From assembly GCA_964016885.1 (NCBI GenBank), contig OZ024741.1, positions 278,380,001 to 278,444,000 on the forward strand: a DNA stretch of 64,000 nt, given 5' to 3'. The position numbers were made by a program, and so were the translations under genes. The DNA comes from Eledone cirrhosa. Lineage: Eukaryota. Position 1 is the stretch's first letter; every line of letters begins with the position of its first letter. The notes beneath the pieces are model-generated. The model saw only the letters and a program-made list of their open reading frames with translations, was not told where the DNA came from and did no database searches. Shown here piece by piece: positions 11,245 to 23,200 of this stretch.

Positions 11245-11820
11245 AGTGCTGGTAGAACATCAGATAAAATGTTATTGCAGTATTTGTTTTGACTGTGTTT
11301 AAATCCTGTCGAGGTCAACTTTGCCTTTCATCTTCTAGGATCAATAAAATAAAGTACCAGTAAAGTACTAGAGTAAGTTTAATCGACTGTCCCTTTCTCC
11401 AAAAAAAAAAATGATTGGCCTTGTGTCTGAATTAGAAATCATTGGTAGAGTGTCAGATAAAATACTTTACAGTATTTGTTTTGGTTCTTTACATTGTGTG
11501 TTTAAGTCCCACCGAAGTCAACTTTGTTTTTCTTTCTTGTGAGGTCAATAAAATATAGAATCAATCAAGTACTGGGGTTGATTTTTCAACTTTGTTCTTC
11601 ATCCAAATTTGCTGGCCTTGTGTCTAAATTAGAAATTATTATGTATGGGTAGCGGGTCGGACGCCATGCTTTGCAGTACAGTTACGTCCCTTTACGGACT
11701 GAGTTCAAATCCCACCGAGGTTAACTTTTGCTTTCATCCTTACGGAGTCGATAAAATAAAGTACCAGTAATACACTGGGATAATTGCTGGCCTTGTGCCA
11801 AAAGTAGAAACAATTATTTC
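11245..11820 (+). mobile_element. Three head-to-tail SINE copies
   Basis: The core gtcaactttg...taaaataaagtaccag...ggccttgtg recurs at ~11310, ~11515 and ~11720. Confidence 0.8.
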
Positions 11821-12214
11821 CATGTAATAGAGCTTGGCTGAATTGGTAGAGCATCATTGTCATTGTTTTAACAGCTGATTTCCCTGCTGGCAAGGCTTGG
11901 ATGGATCTACATAGACTAATTCAGTACTGAAGTGGGGTTACTGATCTCATGGACATGCCAGGGGTGTGCATTAGGAAAAATTCTTCATGTTATTTAGTTT
12001 TTTCCCTTTATATACTGAGTTCAGCTCTGCCTTTCCTCCTTCTGAGTGTTGATGCTTATGCCAATTCAGCCCAGGTCTTGATCCTGCAGACTTATGATTG
12101 ATCAAAGACATTCCAGTCATGACTTATCTTTATTAAAACATAGTGTACTTATGACTAAACACACTTCCTTTTTTGAGATGTTGAAATATATAAGTTGCTC
12201 ATAAAATAAGGTGA

Positions 12215-12560
12215 AGACTCTTAAAGATAGAAAAAGAAGTCACCATTGGCTGCTATGGAAACCCCATTTCTCCCAGATACTGGTTAGGTATCTGGTTTGA
12301 TTCCTTGAAATGGCCAATGGCAAATTCTTTTTCCACCTTTAAGGGTCTTCACCGTATTTTATGGCATCTCCGCACATGAGTACACCATTCTTTATATTAA
12401 CTTTATCTTCTCAATGCTTCAAAAAAGTATGAGAGATCAGCCTTGTATACACAATGTTTGTTGATATATAGACATTCAAGCTGAATGCCAACCACTTCAA
12501 TCTCACCAGACTAGGAGGGGCTACTACTGTCATGAGCAATGTTCCTCCTTTGATTAATCA
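12215..12560 (+). repeat. Unclassified interspersed repeat, copy 2
   Basis: Collinear with 2990-3310. Confidence 0.75.
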
Positions 12561-12624
12561 TCATTATCATCATTGGCTTTGGTTGGTATGTTTTGGGACA
12601 ATGTTTTGCAGCTGGATGTGACAA

Positions 12625-12820
12625 ATTGGCTGAATCATTAGAACATCAGATAGAATGCTTTGCAGTATTTGTTCCAGCTCTCAACTCTTTTAGTTCAAAT
12701 CCCACTGAGGTCAACTTTGCCTTTCATACTTTTGAGGTTGATAGAAAAAAATGTACCAGTCTAGTACTGGGTACGATTCTACCTCTATATCCCTTTCTCA
12801 CTTCCTTTCTCTCACTCAAA
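12625..12820 (+). mobile_element. Same SINE family
   Basis: agttcaaatcccactgaggtcaactttgcctttcat...gtaccagtctagtactggg. Confidence 0.8.
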
Positions 12821-13092
12821 ACCTTTCCATGGAAGAGTTACAGGACCATGCATGCATGCACGCCCTTCCTGATGCCAACCCTCTCTGTCGCTTCTTACAA
12901 CATTCTGGGGTTTGGTGTATCTATTCTAAAAACCAAGAAAAACATAAATCCTTACATTTTGGACAGAGAAGTCTGACTGCAGTAACTGCAATAACTCCAG
13001 AAGAATAGTATAAGTATTATCTGTTAGATTAATAAAAATGAACAAGAGATGCTACATATATGTTGCAAAAGTAGTTGGTTTTTATATAGAGA

Positions 13093-14236
13093 CTAGCAGT
13101 GTATCCCGGCGTTGCACGGGTAAGAACATTGGTAATTGCACCTTCAATGAGAAACGTTTATTTGTGAGTGCCTGTTAAAAACTCACGAAAATATACCGAC
13201 AGGAAACTTGTTTTATTTGGAGAAAATTAAGAAGCTGAAAGTACAGTTTAGCTGTCTACGTGCATTGTTCATAGAAATATTGTTGAGCCCCTTCTTTTCA
13301 TACTCCTCTGTTTTGGCCTATTGGAGTAAATGTGAAAGAGAAAGTCACAGGTTAAGTTGGCAGAAGGTTCCAGTGCTATAACAGTAAGGAATAGGCTACT
13401 TACCTCAAAAGTTCATTCGCACTCTTTTCACTAAGTTACTCTCTATCCCTGTCGGTGCAGTCCCTTGAAAATTTCTCACGTAGGCCTGGTGTAGATTTGC
13501 ACCCGATCCATCTACCCGATGCACATGTCCACTTTGTACGGCTTTTGGAGGAAGGAGTTACCAGCAGTACGTTGTTCGGTATTATTACGAAAAGGTGTAG
13601 CAGAGAATCCCACGTGAACTAACAGCACGGGAGGAGACTGCTTACCTCGAAGATTCATTCGCCATCGTTCTTGTCAACGCTTCATTTAGTTGGTATTTGT
13701 TGGTCTACAGTTAGATGAATGGCGCACAAAGGGTTAATATTTATTGGCAAGAAGTGGTAACTGGGCTGGCTTGCCTCGCTTATATTATATATTAAAATAA
13801 CAGATTAAAGTTTAAGCAAAGAATCGCTGCTTTCACCCTTAACAGGATCTTCTGAAATCAATCTGTGAACACAGAAGTAAATATTTCAAAAAAGCAACCG
13901 AAGGAAAACAGGAAGACAATACTTTGGTTCGTGAAGACGTTCCCTGTCAATGAACGGAAAATAGCGAACATAATACGTCATCAATGTTTATCATGTCGTA
14001 ATGCAGACATACAAACAGACATACAGACAGATATTATAAGATCGATAACCAGCGCCTAACATGCCTTTAACAACAGAAAATTGAAAAATAAAAGCTGCAG
14101 TTAATATCTTTAGACCACAAGGAATATATAAATGCAAGTTTGAAGTCAATCGGAGTAGAAATGTGGATTTGTATAGACTTTGCAAAAATGAGGACACACA
14201 CACACAGACAACTACAATTTTATATATATGTATAGA
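13093..14236 (-). mobile_element. Non-autonomous Helitron (~1,144 bp)
   Basis: On the minus strand it starts TC (14236-14235) after a host A and ends CTAG (13096-13093) before a host T. GC-rich hairpin cccggcgttgcacggg at 13105-13120 lies 8 nt from the terminal CTAG. No TSD and no Rep/helicase ORF. Confidence 0.8.
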
Positions 14237-15072
14237 TTAATTATTACTTTGCATAAAAGACGATTGAATGAATACAAAACTTCAATGAGAATGTTATTGA
14301 ATTTTGTATAAAATTGTGTCAAATTTTGTAAAAAATTCTCTCAAATTTTATTCAATTCAAGAAGATGGAGAAAATAGAACAGAGAAAACGAAAAGATGTT
14401 GTAATAAAGTAGTTAGAGTATTATTCACAGACAAAATTATTGCAGATAAGTGATAAGAGAAGACTATGTGATGCCATAGGCACTGAACTAGTGATAGGGA
14501 TGAAAACAACATGGTTTTTATAGTAAAATATTGAGAGTATGTTTAGAATATTCACTACTTTTGAAAGAGTGATTGTATTAAATGAAGTTTTCAATAGCAG
14601 ATTCTTATATGATTATGAAGGAGGCAGCAAAGTTCAAGATTTGAATGATGTAATTTATTATTAATATATAGGTAAAATTGATTTTTCATAATCTGAAAAC
14701 TGAGATAATAACATAACTAATCTGGGCTGATATTAAGCCACTTTATCTATGAATTAATTTAGACTTGAAATATAATGGGAATGTCTATATTATTGCTAAT
14801 GAAGAGTAGTCCGTGCAGGTTATTTATTCAAATGTGAGCTGCACTACTAGTAAACTACAGATAGATATGAGATAAATTTTAGATCTTAAGATCTATACAA
14901 TAAATGCAATTGTCTGTGGGGAAGCCACAACTGACAGATAATATGAATTACTGATTTCTCTTAAAGAACTGACTTAATAAAATGAGATACAATTTACAGA
15001 TTGGCTCCTTGATAGAAGATAGGAGAATAATCCCATAGATATAATAATAGTAATTATTATTATTATTATTAT

Positions 15073-16240
15073 TGGTGTTTGAAGTGAGAAAACGTACTAT
15101 TGTGAGCTCGTGTAAGTTTCTTTTTCAACGTATTAAAATCCTTTTGTTAGTATTTCTTGTTACAAAAGGGGCATACGTCTTTGGCCTCAAGAAGTTCAAA
15201 TATTTCGTTTTTACAAATATATTTTCTATTTCAAATATGGATGAAATATGCCCCTTCACTTTGAGCCAGCAGTCACGTGACAGTTGCTCAAACATTGAGA
15301 GGAGTGACACTGCCCTCCCACCATCATGAACAGTGTTACCACTACCACCACTACAGGCAGTGTTGCTGACAACAAAAATCAAAATTTATCTCGTGCAGCA
15401 ACCGCAAACGAAATAGACTTTCAACCTTTGCCAATGTTTACCTATGTAAATGCCACCATCCCCACCTCAACAACGGCAAACATATCCAACACCACTAACA
15501 CCACTGCAACCACAACAACAACTGAAACAACAAACAAAATTAAAACCACCCATCAAGAAGCCAGGGCACACTCCATCACACCACTTTACAGTGAAGAGAT
15601 CACCATGGTGCCAATGTACTGAGGCCAAAAATTCGTTAGGGTTCTACTAATCTAAGTTCTATCCTTAATATCCATTTCTTGGCTGATGGCAGCTGTCCTC
15701 TATGGTGTCAAGGAAAATACCAACATCTTGGACACAATCAAAATAAAACAAAATAACTGGACAGGATCAGGGATGGAACTACTAATCCAAACAAACCAGG
15801 AAAACATAGAGGCCATCCCTGATGTGATAGACCTCGATGATGGCACCCATGTACCTGTGACTGTCAAGGGTAGAAGGCCAAGGTGCCACATCTGTGGGGA
15901 GAAAAACCACCTTAAAGCTTTCTGCCCAAAACCTTAGGCAGGAAAAAATCCCCCCTCTCCTTCCCATGTCAGATCCCATGCTGGGAGCAACCCAACCAAT
16001 TGCAGCCACAGTAGCAGCAAAAACCAGCAACAACAAAATCCCCACCTCCACCACCAATGCCTATAGAAGACATACCCTTCCCTGTCATCACATAATTGGA
16101 CACAGATTGTGACAAGGATGAGGGGTGAAAAACCACCAGGAAAAAAAAAAGAAAGAACTCCTCCCTTCACTTTAAAAAGAGAGGGCAAAACAAACAAAAA
16201 TAAGTAAAAACTTCAACACCTCCACAATTATCATCAGCCA
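15073..16240 (+). mobile_element. Decayed non-LTR retrotransposon ORF1-like remnant with zinc knuckle
   Basis: PDVIDLDDGTHVPVTVKGRRPRCHICGEKNHLKAFCP contains CX2CX4HX4C at 15884-15925. A/C-rich strand, several stops, no adjacent RT. Boundaries approximate. Confidence 0.65.
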
Positions 16241-16424
16241 CACTGTTTTTTTCATTTTCAAGAATGTCTTGTTAATGAAGTATCATGTGGTACAGGATGT
16301 TAAGATTTAATATATATTCTGCTATCACTTTTTTTATTCTCTCCATTCAACATTATATTCTGTATAATGTATCTCATCTTTATGCTATTTCCATGTTTGG
16401 ACTCATTATTTGTAAAAGCATAAG

Positions 16425-16645
16425 GGGTGGATTCATAGTATCAGCAGAGCGTCCGTCACCATGCATCACACCATAGAGTTACAGCCTTTTACGTTCTGGG
16501 TTAAAATCCCACCAAGGTTAGCTTTGCCTTTCATCCTTATGGGGTCGAAAAAAATCAAGTACCAGTAATGCACTGGGATCAATTTAATTGACTTTCTCTT
16601 CTTCCAACAATTGTTGGCCTTGCGTCTAAATCAAAAACCATTATC
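16425..16645 (+). mobile_element. Same SINE family
   Basis: gggttaaaatcccaccaaggttagctttgcctttcatcc...ggggtcg...aagtaccagtaatgcactggg. Confidence 0.8.
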
Positions 16646-16726
16646 TGCAAAAGCATAGCAGTCAAATTTCCCTCAAACCACACACACTACTCTTTTAACA
16701 AAGTAAGAAGGAGACACTGGACAATT

Positions 16727-16822
16727 TATTTTATTATTTAGGAGAAATAGCAGTGGTCATTTTATTATTTAGGAGAAATAGCAGTGGCCATTTTATTATT
16801 TAGGAGAAATAGTAGTGGCCAT
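16727..16822. repeat. ~30-bp tandem repeat, 3 units
   Basis: ttttattatttaggagaaatagcagtgg(t/c)ca repeated three times. Confidence 0.9.
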
Positions 16823-17259
16823 GACACTTTTCAGGCTGACTGAGACTAGTAGAAGAGAGTGAAGAAGGTATTCTTAAATTGGACACATCGCCGAATGCTT
16901 GCAATAAGAGTGATATTCACTAGATGCTCCGAATGGCTAAGTAGTGGTATTAAATCGGGTAAGATATCAAGTCCTTGATGCAAGAAGGCTGTAGTTGGAT
17001 TTTAACACAGAATGTAAAAAAACTGGAATGAATACCACAAGCATTTTGTCTACTGTTGTAATGCTTTTGCCAATTCCTGATATACAAACTGATGGTCATG
17101 GTTAGAACCTCTTTGATATTAGATCTGTTTGATCATGGCTTACCTGAGGCCAAAAAACAACAATTTAGAATAAAACAAAATAATGAAAATTTACAAACAA
17201 TAATTTTCTGAAGCGTATAGTGTCTGTTTTCTTCAGTGTTTGTAGTGATTGGTGTTTTG

Positions 17260-20200
17260 ACAGTGTTTGTGGTGTACTGATGTTTGAGTGTGGTGCCTGG
17301 GGTTTACATAGTGTTTGTGGTGTATTGATGTTTGAGTGTGGTGCCTGGGGTTTTCATAGTGTTTCTGGTGTACTGATGTTTGAGTGTGGTGCCTGGGGTT
17401 TTCATAGTGTTTGTGGTGTACTGATGTTTGTATGTAGTGCCTGGGGTTTTCACAGTGTTTGTGGTGTACTGATGTTTGAGTGTGGTGCCTGGGGTTTTCA
17501 TAGTGTTTGTGGTGTACTGATGTTTGAGTGTGGTGCCTGGGGTTTTCATAGTGTTTGTGGTGTACTGATGTTTGAGTGTGGTGCCTGGGGTTTTCATAGT
17601 GTTTGTGGTGTACTGATGTTTGTATGTAGTGCCTGGGGTTTACATAGTGTTTGTGGTGTATTGATGTTTGAGTGTGGTGCCTGGGGTTTTCATAGTGTTT
17701 GTGGTGTACTGATGTTTGAGTGTGGTGCCTGGGGTTTTCATAGTGTTTGTGGTGTACTGATGTTTGAGTGTGGTGCCTGGGGTTTTCATAGTGTTTGTGG
17801 TGTACTGATGTTTGTGAGTAGTGCCTGGGGTTTACATAGTGTTTGTGGTGTATTGATGTTTGAGTGTGGTGCCTGGGGTTTTCATAGTGTTTGTGGTGTA
17901 CTGATGTTTGTATGTAGTGCCTAGGGTTTTCACAGTGTTTGTGGTGTATTGATGTTTGAGTGTGGTGCCTGGGGTTTTCATAGTGTTTGTGGTGTACTGA
18001 TGTTTGAGTGTGGTGCCTGGGGTTTTCATAGTGTTTGTGGTGTACTGATGTTTGAGTGTGGTGCCTGGGGTTTTCATAGTGTTTGTGGTGTACTGATGTT
18101 TGTGTGTAGTGCCTGGGGTTTACATAGTGTTTGTGGTGTATTGATGTTTGAGTGTGGTGCCTGGGGTTTTCATAGTGTTTGTGGTGTACTGATGTTTGTA
18201 TGTAGTGCCTAGGGTTTTCACAGTGTTTGTGGTGTATTGATGTTTGAGTGTGGTGCCTGGGGTTTTCATAGTGTTTGTGGTGTACTGATGTTTGAGTGTG
18301 GTGCCTGGGGTTTTCATAGTGTTTGAGGTGTATTGATGTTTGAGTGTGGTGCCTGGGGTTTTCATAGTGTTTGTGGTGTATTGATGTTTGAGTGTGGTGC
18401 CTGGGGTTTTCATAGTATTTGTGGTGTATTGATGTTTGAGTGTGGTGCCTGGGGTTTTCATAGTGTTTGTGGTGTATTGATGTTTGAGTGTGGTGCCTGT
18501 GGTTTTCATAGTGTTTGTGGTGTACTGATGTTTGAGTGTGGTGCCTGGGGTTTTCATAGTGTTTGTGGTGTATTGATGTTTGAGTGTGGTGCCTGTGGTT
18601 ATCATAGTGTTTGTGGTGTACTGATGTTTGTATGTAGTGCCTGGGGTTTTCATAGTGTTTCTGGTGTATTGATGTTTGAGTGTGGTGCCTGGGGTTTTCA
18701 TAGTATTTGTGGTGTACTGATGTTTGAGTGTGGTGCCTGGGGTTTTCATAGTGTTTGAGGTGTACTGATGTTTGAGTGTGGTGCCTGGGGTTTTCATAGT
18801 GTTTGTGGTGTACTGATGTTTGAGTGTAGTGCCTGGGGTTTTCATAGTGTTTGTGGTGTACTGATGTTTGAGTGTGGTGCCTGTGGTTTTCACAGTGTTT
18901 GTGGTGTATTGATGTTTGTATGTAGTGCCTGGGGTTTTCATAGTGTTTGTGGTGTATTGATGTTTGTATGTAGTGCCTGGGGTTTTCATAGTGTTTGTGG
19001 TGTACTGATGTTTGAGTGTGGTGCCTGGGGTTTTCATAGTGTTTGTGGTGTACTGATGTTTGTGTGTAGTGCCTGGGGTTTACATAGTGTTTGTGGTGTA
19101 TTGATGTTTGAGTGTGGAGCCTGGGGTTTTCATAGTGTTTGTGGTGTACTGATGTTTGTATGTAGTGCCTAGGGTTTTCACAGTGTTTGTGGTGTATTGA
19201 TGTTTGAGTGTGGTGCCTGGGGTTTTCATAGTGTTTGTGGTGTACTGATGTTTGAGTGTGGTGCCTGGGGTTTTCATAGTGTTTGTGGTGTACTAATGTT
19301 TGAGTGTGGTGCCTGGGGTTTTCATAGTGTTTGTGGTGTACTGATGTTTGTGTGTAGTGCCTGGGGTTTACATAGTGTTTGTGGTGTATTGATGTTTGAG
19401 TGTGGTGCCTGGGGTTTTCATAGTGTTTGTGGTGTACTGATGTTTGTATGTAGTGCCTAGGGTTTTCACAGTGTTTGTGGTGTATTGATGTTTGAGTGTG
19501 GTGCCTGGGGTTTTCATAGTGTTTGTGGTGTACTGATGTTTGAGTGTGGTGCCTGGGGTTTTCATAGTGTTTGAGGTGTATTGATGTTTGAGTGTGGTGC
19601 CTGGGGTTTTCATAGTGTTTGTGGTGTATTGATGTTTGAGTGTGGTGCCTGGGGTTTTCATAGTATTTGTGGTGTATTGATGTTTGAGTGTGGTGCCTGG
19701 GGTTTTCATAGTGTTTGTGGTGTATTGATGTTTGAGTGTGGTGCCTGTGGTTTTCATAGTGTTTGTGGTGTACTGATGTTTGAGTGTGGTGCCTGGGGTT
19801 TTCATAGTGTTTGTGGTGTATTGATGTTTGAGTGTGGTGCCTGTGGTTATCATAGTGTTTGTGGTGTACTGATGTTTGTATGTAGTGCCTGGGGTTTTCA
19901 TAGTGTTTCTGGTGTATTGATGTTTGAGTGTGGTGCCTGGGGTTTTCATAGTATTTGTGGTGTACTGATGTTTGAGTGTGGTGCCTGGGGTTTTCATAGT
20001 GTTTGAGGTGTACTGATGTTTGAGTGTGGTGCCTGGGGTTTTCATAGTGTTTGTGGTGTACTGATGTTTGAGTGTGGTGCCTGGGGTTTTCATAGTGTTT
20101 GTGGTGTACTGATGTTTGAGTGTGGTGCCTGTGGTTTTCACAGTGTTTGTGGTGTATTGATGTTTGTATGTAGTGCCTGGGGTTTTCATAGTGTTTGTGG

Positions 20201-23200
20201 TGTATTGATGTTTGTATGTAGTGCCTGGGGTTTTCATAGTGTTTGTGGTGTACTGATGTTTGAGTGTGGTGCCTGGGGTTTTCATAGTGTTTGTGGTGTA
20301 CTGATGTTTGAGTGTGGTGCCTGGGGTTTTCATAGTGTTTGTGGTGTACTGATGTTTGAGTGTGGTGCCTGGTGTTTTCATAGTGTTTGTGGTGTACTGA
20401 TGTTTGAGTGTGGTGCCTGGGGTTTTCACAGTGTTTGTGGTGTACTGATGTTTGTATGTAGAGCCTGGGGTTTTCATAGTGTTTGTGGTGTATTGATGTT
20501 TGTATGTAGTGCCTGGGGTTTTCATAGTGTTTGTGGTGTATTGATGTTTGAGTGTGGTGCTTGGGGTTTACATAGTGTTTGTGGTGTATTGATGTTTTAG
20601 TGTGGTGCCTGGGGTTTTCATAGTGTTTGTGGTGTATTGATGTTTGAGTGTGGTGCCTGGGGTTTTCATAGTGTTTGTGGTGTACTGATGTTTGAGTGTG
20701 GTGCCTGGGGTTTTCATAGTGTTTGTGGTGTACTGATGTTTGTATGTAGTGCCTGGGGTTTTCACAGTGTTTGTGGTGTACTGATGTTTGAGTGTGGTGC
20801 CTGGGGTTTTCATAGTGTTTGTGGTGTACTGATGTTTGAGTGTGGTGCCTGGGGTTTTCATAGTGTTTGTGGTGTACTGATGTTTGAGTGTGGTGCCTGG
20901 GGTTTTCATAGTGTTTGTGGTGTACTGATGTTTGTATGTAGTGCCTGGGGTTTACATAGTGTTTGTGGTGTATTGATGTTTGAGTGTGGTGCCTGGGGTT
21001 TTCATAGTGTTTGTGGTGTACTGATGTTTGAGTGTGGTGCCTGGGGTTTTCATAGTGTTTGTGGTGTACTGATGTTTGAGTGTGGTGCCTGGGGTTTTCA
21101 TAGTGTTTGTGGTGTACTGATGTTTGTGTGTAGTGCCTGGGGTTTACATAGTGTTTGTGGTGTATTGATGTTTGAGTGTGGTGCCTGGGGTTTTCATAGT
21201 GTTTGTGGTGTACTGATGTTTGTATGTAGTGCCTAGGGTTTTCACAGTGTTTGTGGTGTATTGATGTTTGAGTGTGGTGCCTGGGGTTTTCATAGTGTTT
21301 GTGGTGTACTGATGTTTGAGTGTGGTGCCTGGGGTTTTCATAGTGTTTGTGGTGTACTGATGTTTGAGTGTGGTGCCTGGGGTTTTCATAGTGTTTGTGG
21401 TGTACTGATGTTTGTGTGTAGTGCCTGGGGTTTACATAGTGTTTGTGGTGTATTGATGTTTGAGTGTGGTGCCTGGGGTTTTCATAGTGTTTGTGGTGTA
21501 CTGATGTTTGTATGTAGTGCCTAGGGTTTTCACAGTGTTTGTGGTGTATTGATGTTTGAGTGTGGTGCCTGGGGTTTTCATAGTGTTTGTGGTGTACTGA
21601 TGTTTGAGTGTGGTGCCTGGGGTTTTCATAGTGTTTGAGGTGTATTGATGTTTGAGTGTGGTGCCTGGGGTTTTCATAGTGTTTGTGGTGTATTGATGTT
21701 TGAGTGTGGTGCCTGGGGTTTTCATAGTATTTGTGGTGTATTGATGATTGAGTGTGGTGCCTGGGGTTTTCATAGTGTTTGTGGTGTATTGATGTTTGAG
21801 TGTGGTGCCTGTGGTTTTCATAGTGTTTGTGGTGTACTGATGTTTGAGTGTGGTGCCTGGGGTTTTCATAGTGTTTGTGGTGTATTGATGTTTGAGTGTG
21901 GTGCCTGTGGTTTTCATAGTGTTTGTGGTGTACTGATGTTTGTATGTAGTGCCTGGGGTTTTCATAGTGTTTCTGGTGTATTGATGTTTGAGTGTGGTGC
22001 CTGGGGTTTTCATAGTATTTGTGGTGTACTGATGTTTGAGTGTGGTGCCTGGGGTTTTCATAGTGTTTGAGGTGTACTGATGTTTGAGTGTGTTGCCTGG
22101 GGTTTTCATAGTGTTTGTGGTGTACTGATGTTTGAGTGTGGTGCCTGGGGTTTTCATAGTGTTTGTGGTGTACTGATGTTTGAGTGTGGTGCCTGTGGTT
22201 TTCACAGTGTTTGTGGTGTATTGATGTTTGTATGTAGTGCCTGGGGTTTTCATAGTGTTTGTGGTGTATTGATGTTTGTATGTAGTGCCTGGGGTTTTCA
22301 TAGTGTTTGTGGTGTACTGATGTTTGAGTGTGGTGCCTGGGGTTTTCATAGTGTTTGTGGTGTACTGATGTTTGAGTGTGGTGCCTGGGGTTTTCATAGT
22401 GTTTGTGGTGTACTGATGTTTGAGTGTGGTGCCTGGGGTTTTCATAGTGTTTGTGGTGTACTGATGTTTGAGTGTGGTGCCTGGGGTTTTCACAGTGTTT
22501 GTGGTGTACTGATGTTTGTATGTAGAGCCTGGGGTTTTCATAGTGTTTGTGGTGTATTGATGTTTGTATGTAGTGCCTGGGGTTTTCATAGTGTTTGTGG
22601 TGTATTGATGTTTGAGTGTGGTGCTTGGGGTTTACATAGTGTTTGTGGTGTATTGATGTTTTAGTGTGGTGCCTGGGGTTTTCATAGTGTTTGTGGTGTA
22701 TTGATGTTTGAGTGTGGTGCCTGGGGTTTTCATAGTGTTTGTGGTGTACTGATGTTTGAGTGTGGTGCCTGGGGTTTTCACAGTGTTTGTGGTGTATTGA
22801 TGTTTGAGTGTGGTGCCTGGAGTTTTCATAGTGTTTGTGGTGTATTGATGTTTGAGTGTGGTGCCTGGGGTTTTCATAGTGTTTGTGGTATACTGGTGTT
22901 TGTATGTAGTACCTGGGGTTTTCATAGTGTTTGTGGTGTACTGATGTTTTTATGTAGTGCCTGGGGTTTTCATAGTGTTTGTGGTGTATTGATATTTGTA
23001 TGTAGTGCCTGGGGTTTTCATAGTGTTTGTGGTGTACTGATATTTGTATGTAGTGCCTGGGGTTTTCATAGTGTTTGTGGTGTACTGATGTTTGTATGTA
23101 GTGCCTGGGGTTTTCATAGTGTTTGTGGTGTATTGATGTTTGAGTGTGGTGCCTGGGGTTTTCATAGTGTTTGTGGTGTACTGATGTGTGAGTGTGGTGC

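Noticed and set aside
14340-15050. Candidate for the missing next dynein exon
   Set aside because: AT-rich with frequent stops, and no NFSAQT or DDLNMP-like coding seen by eye; a tBLASTn search would be the definitive test.
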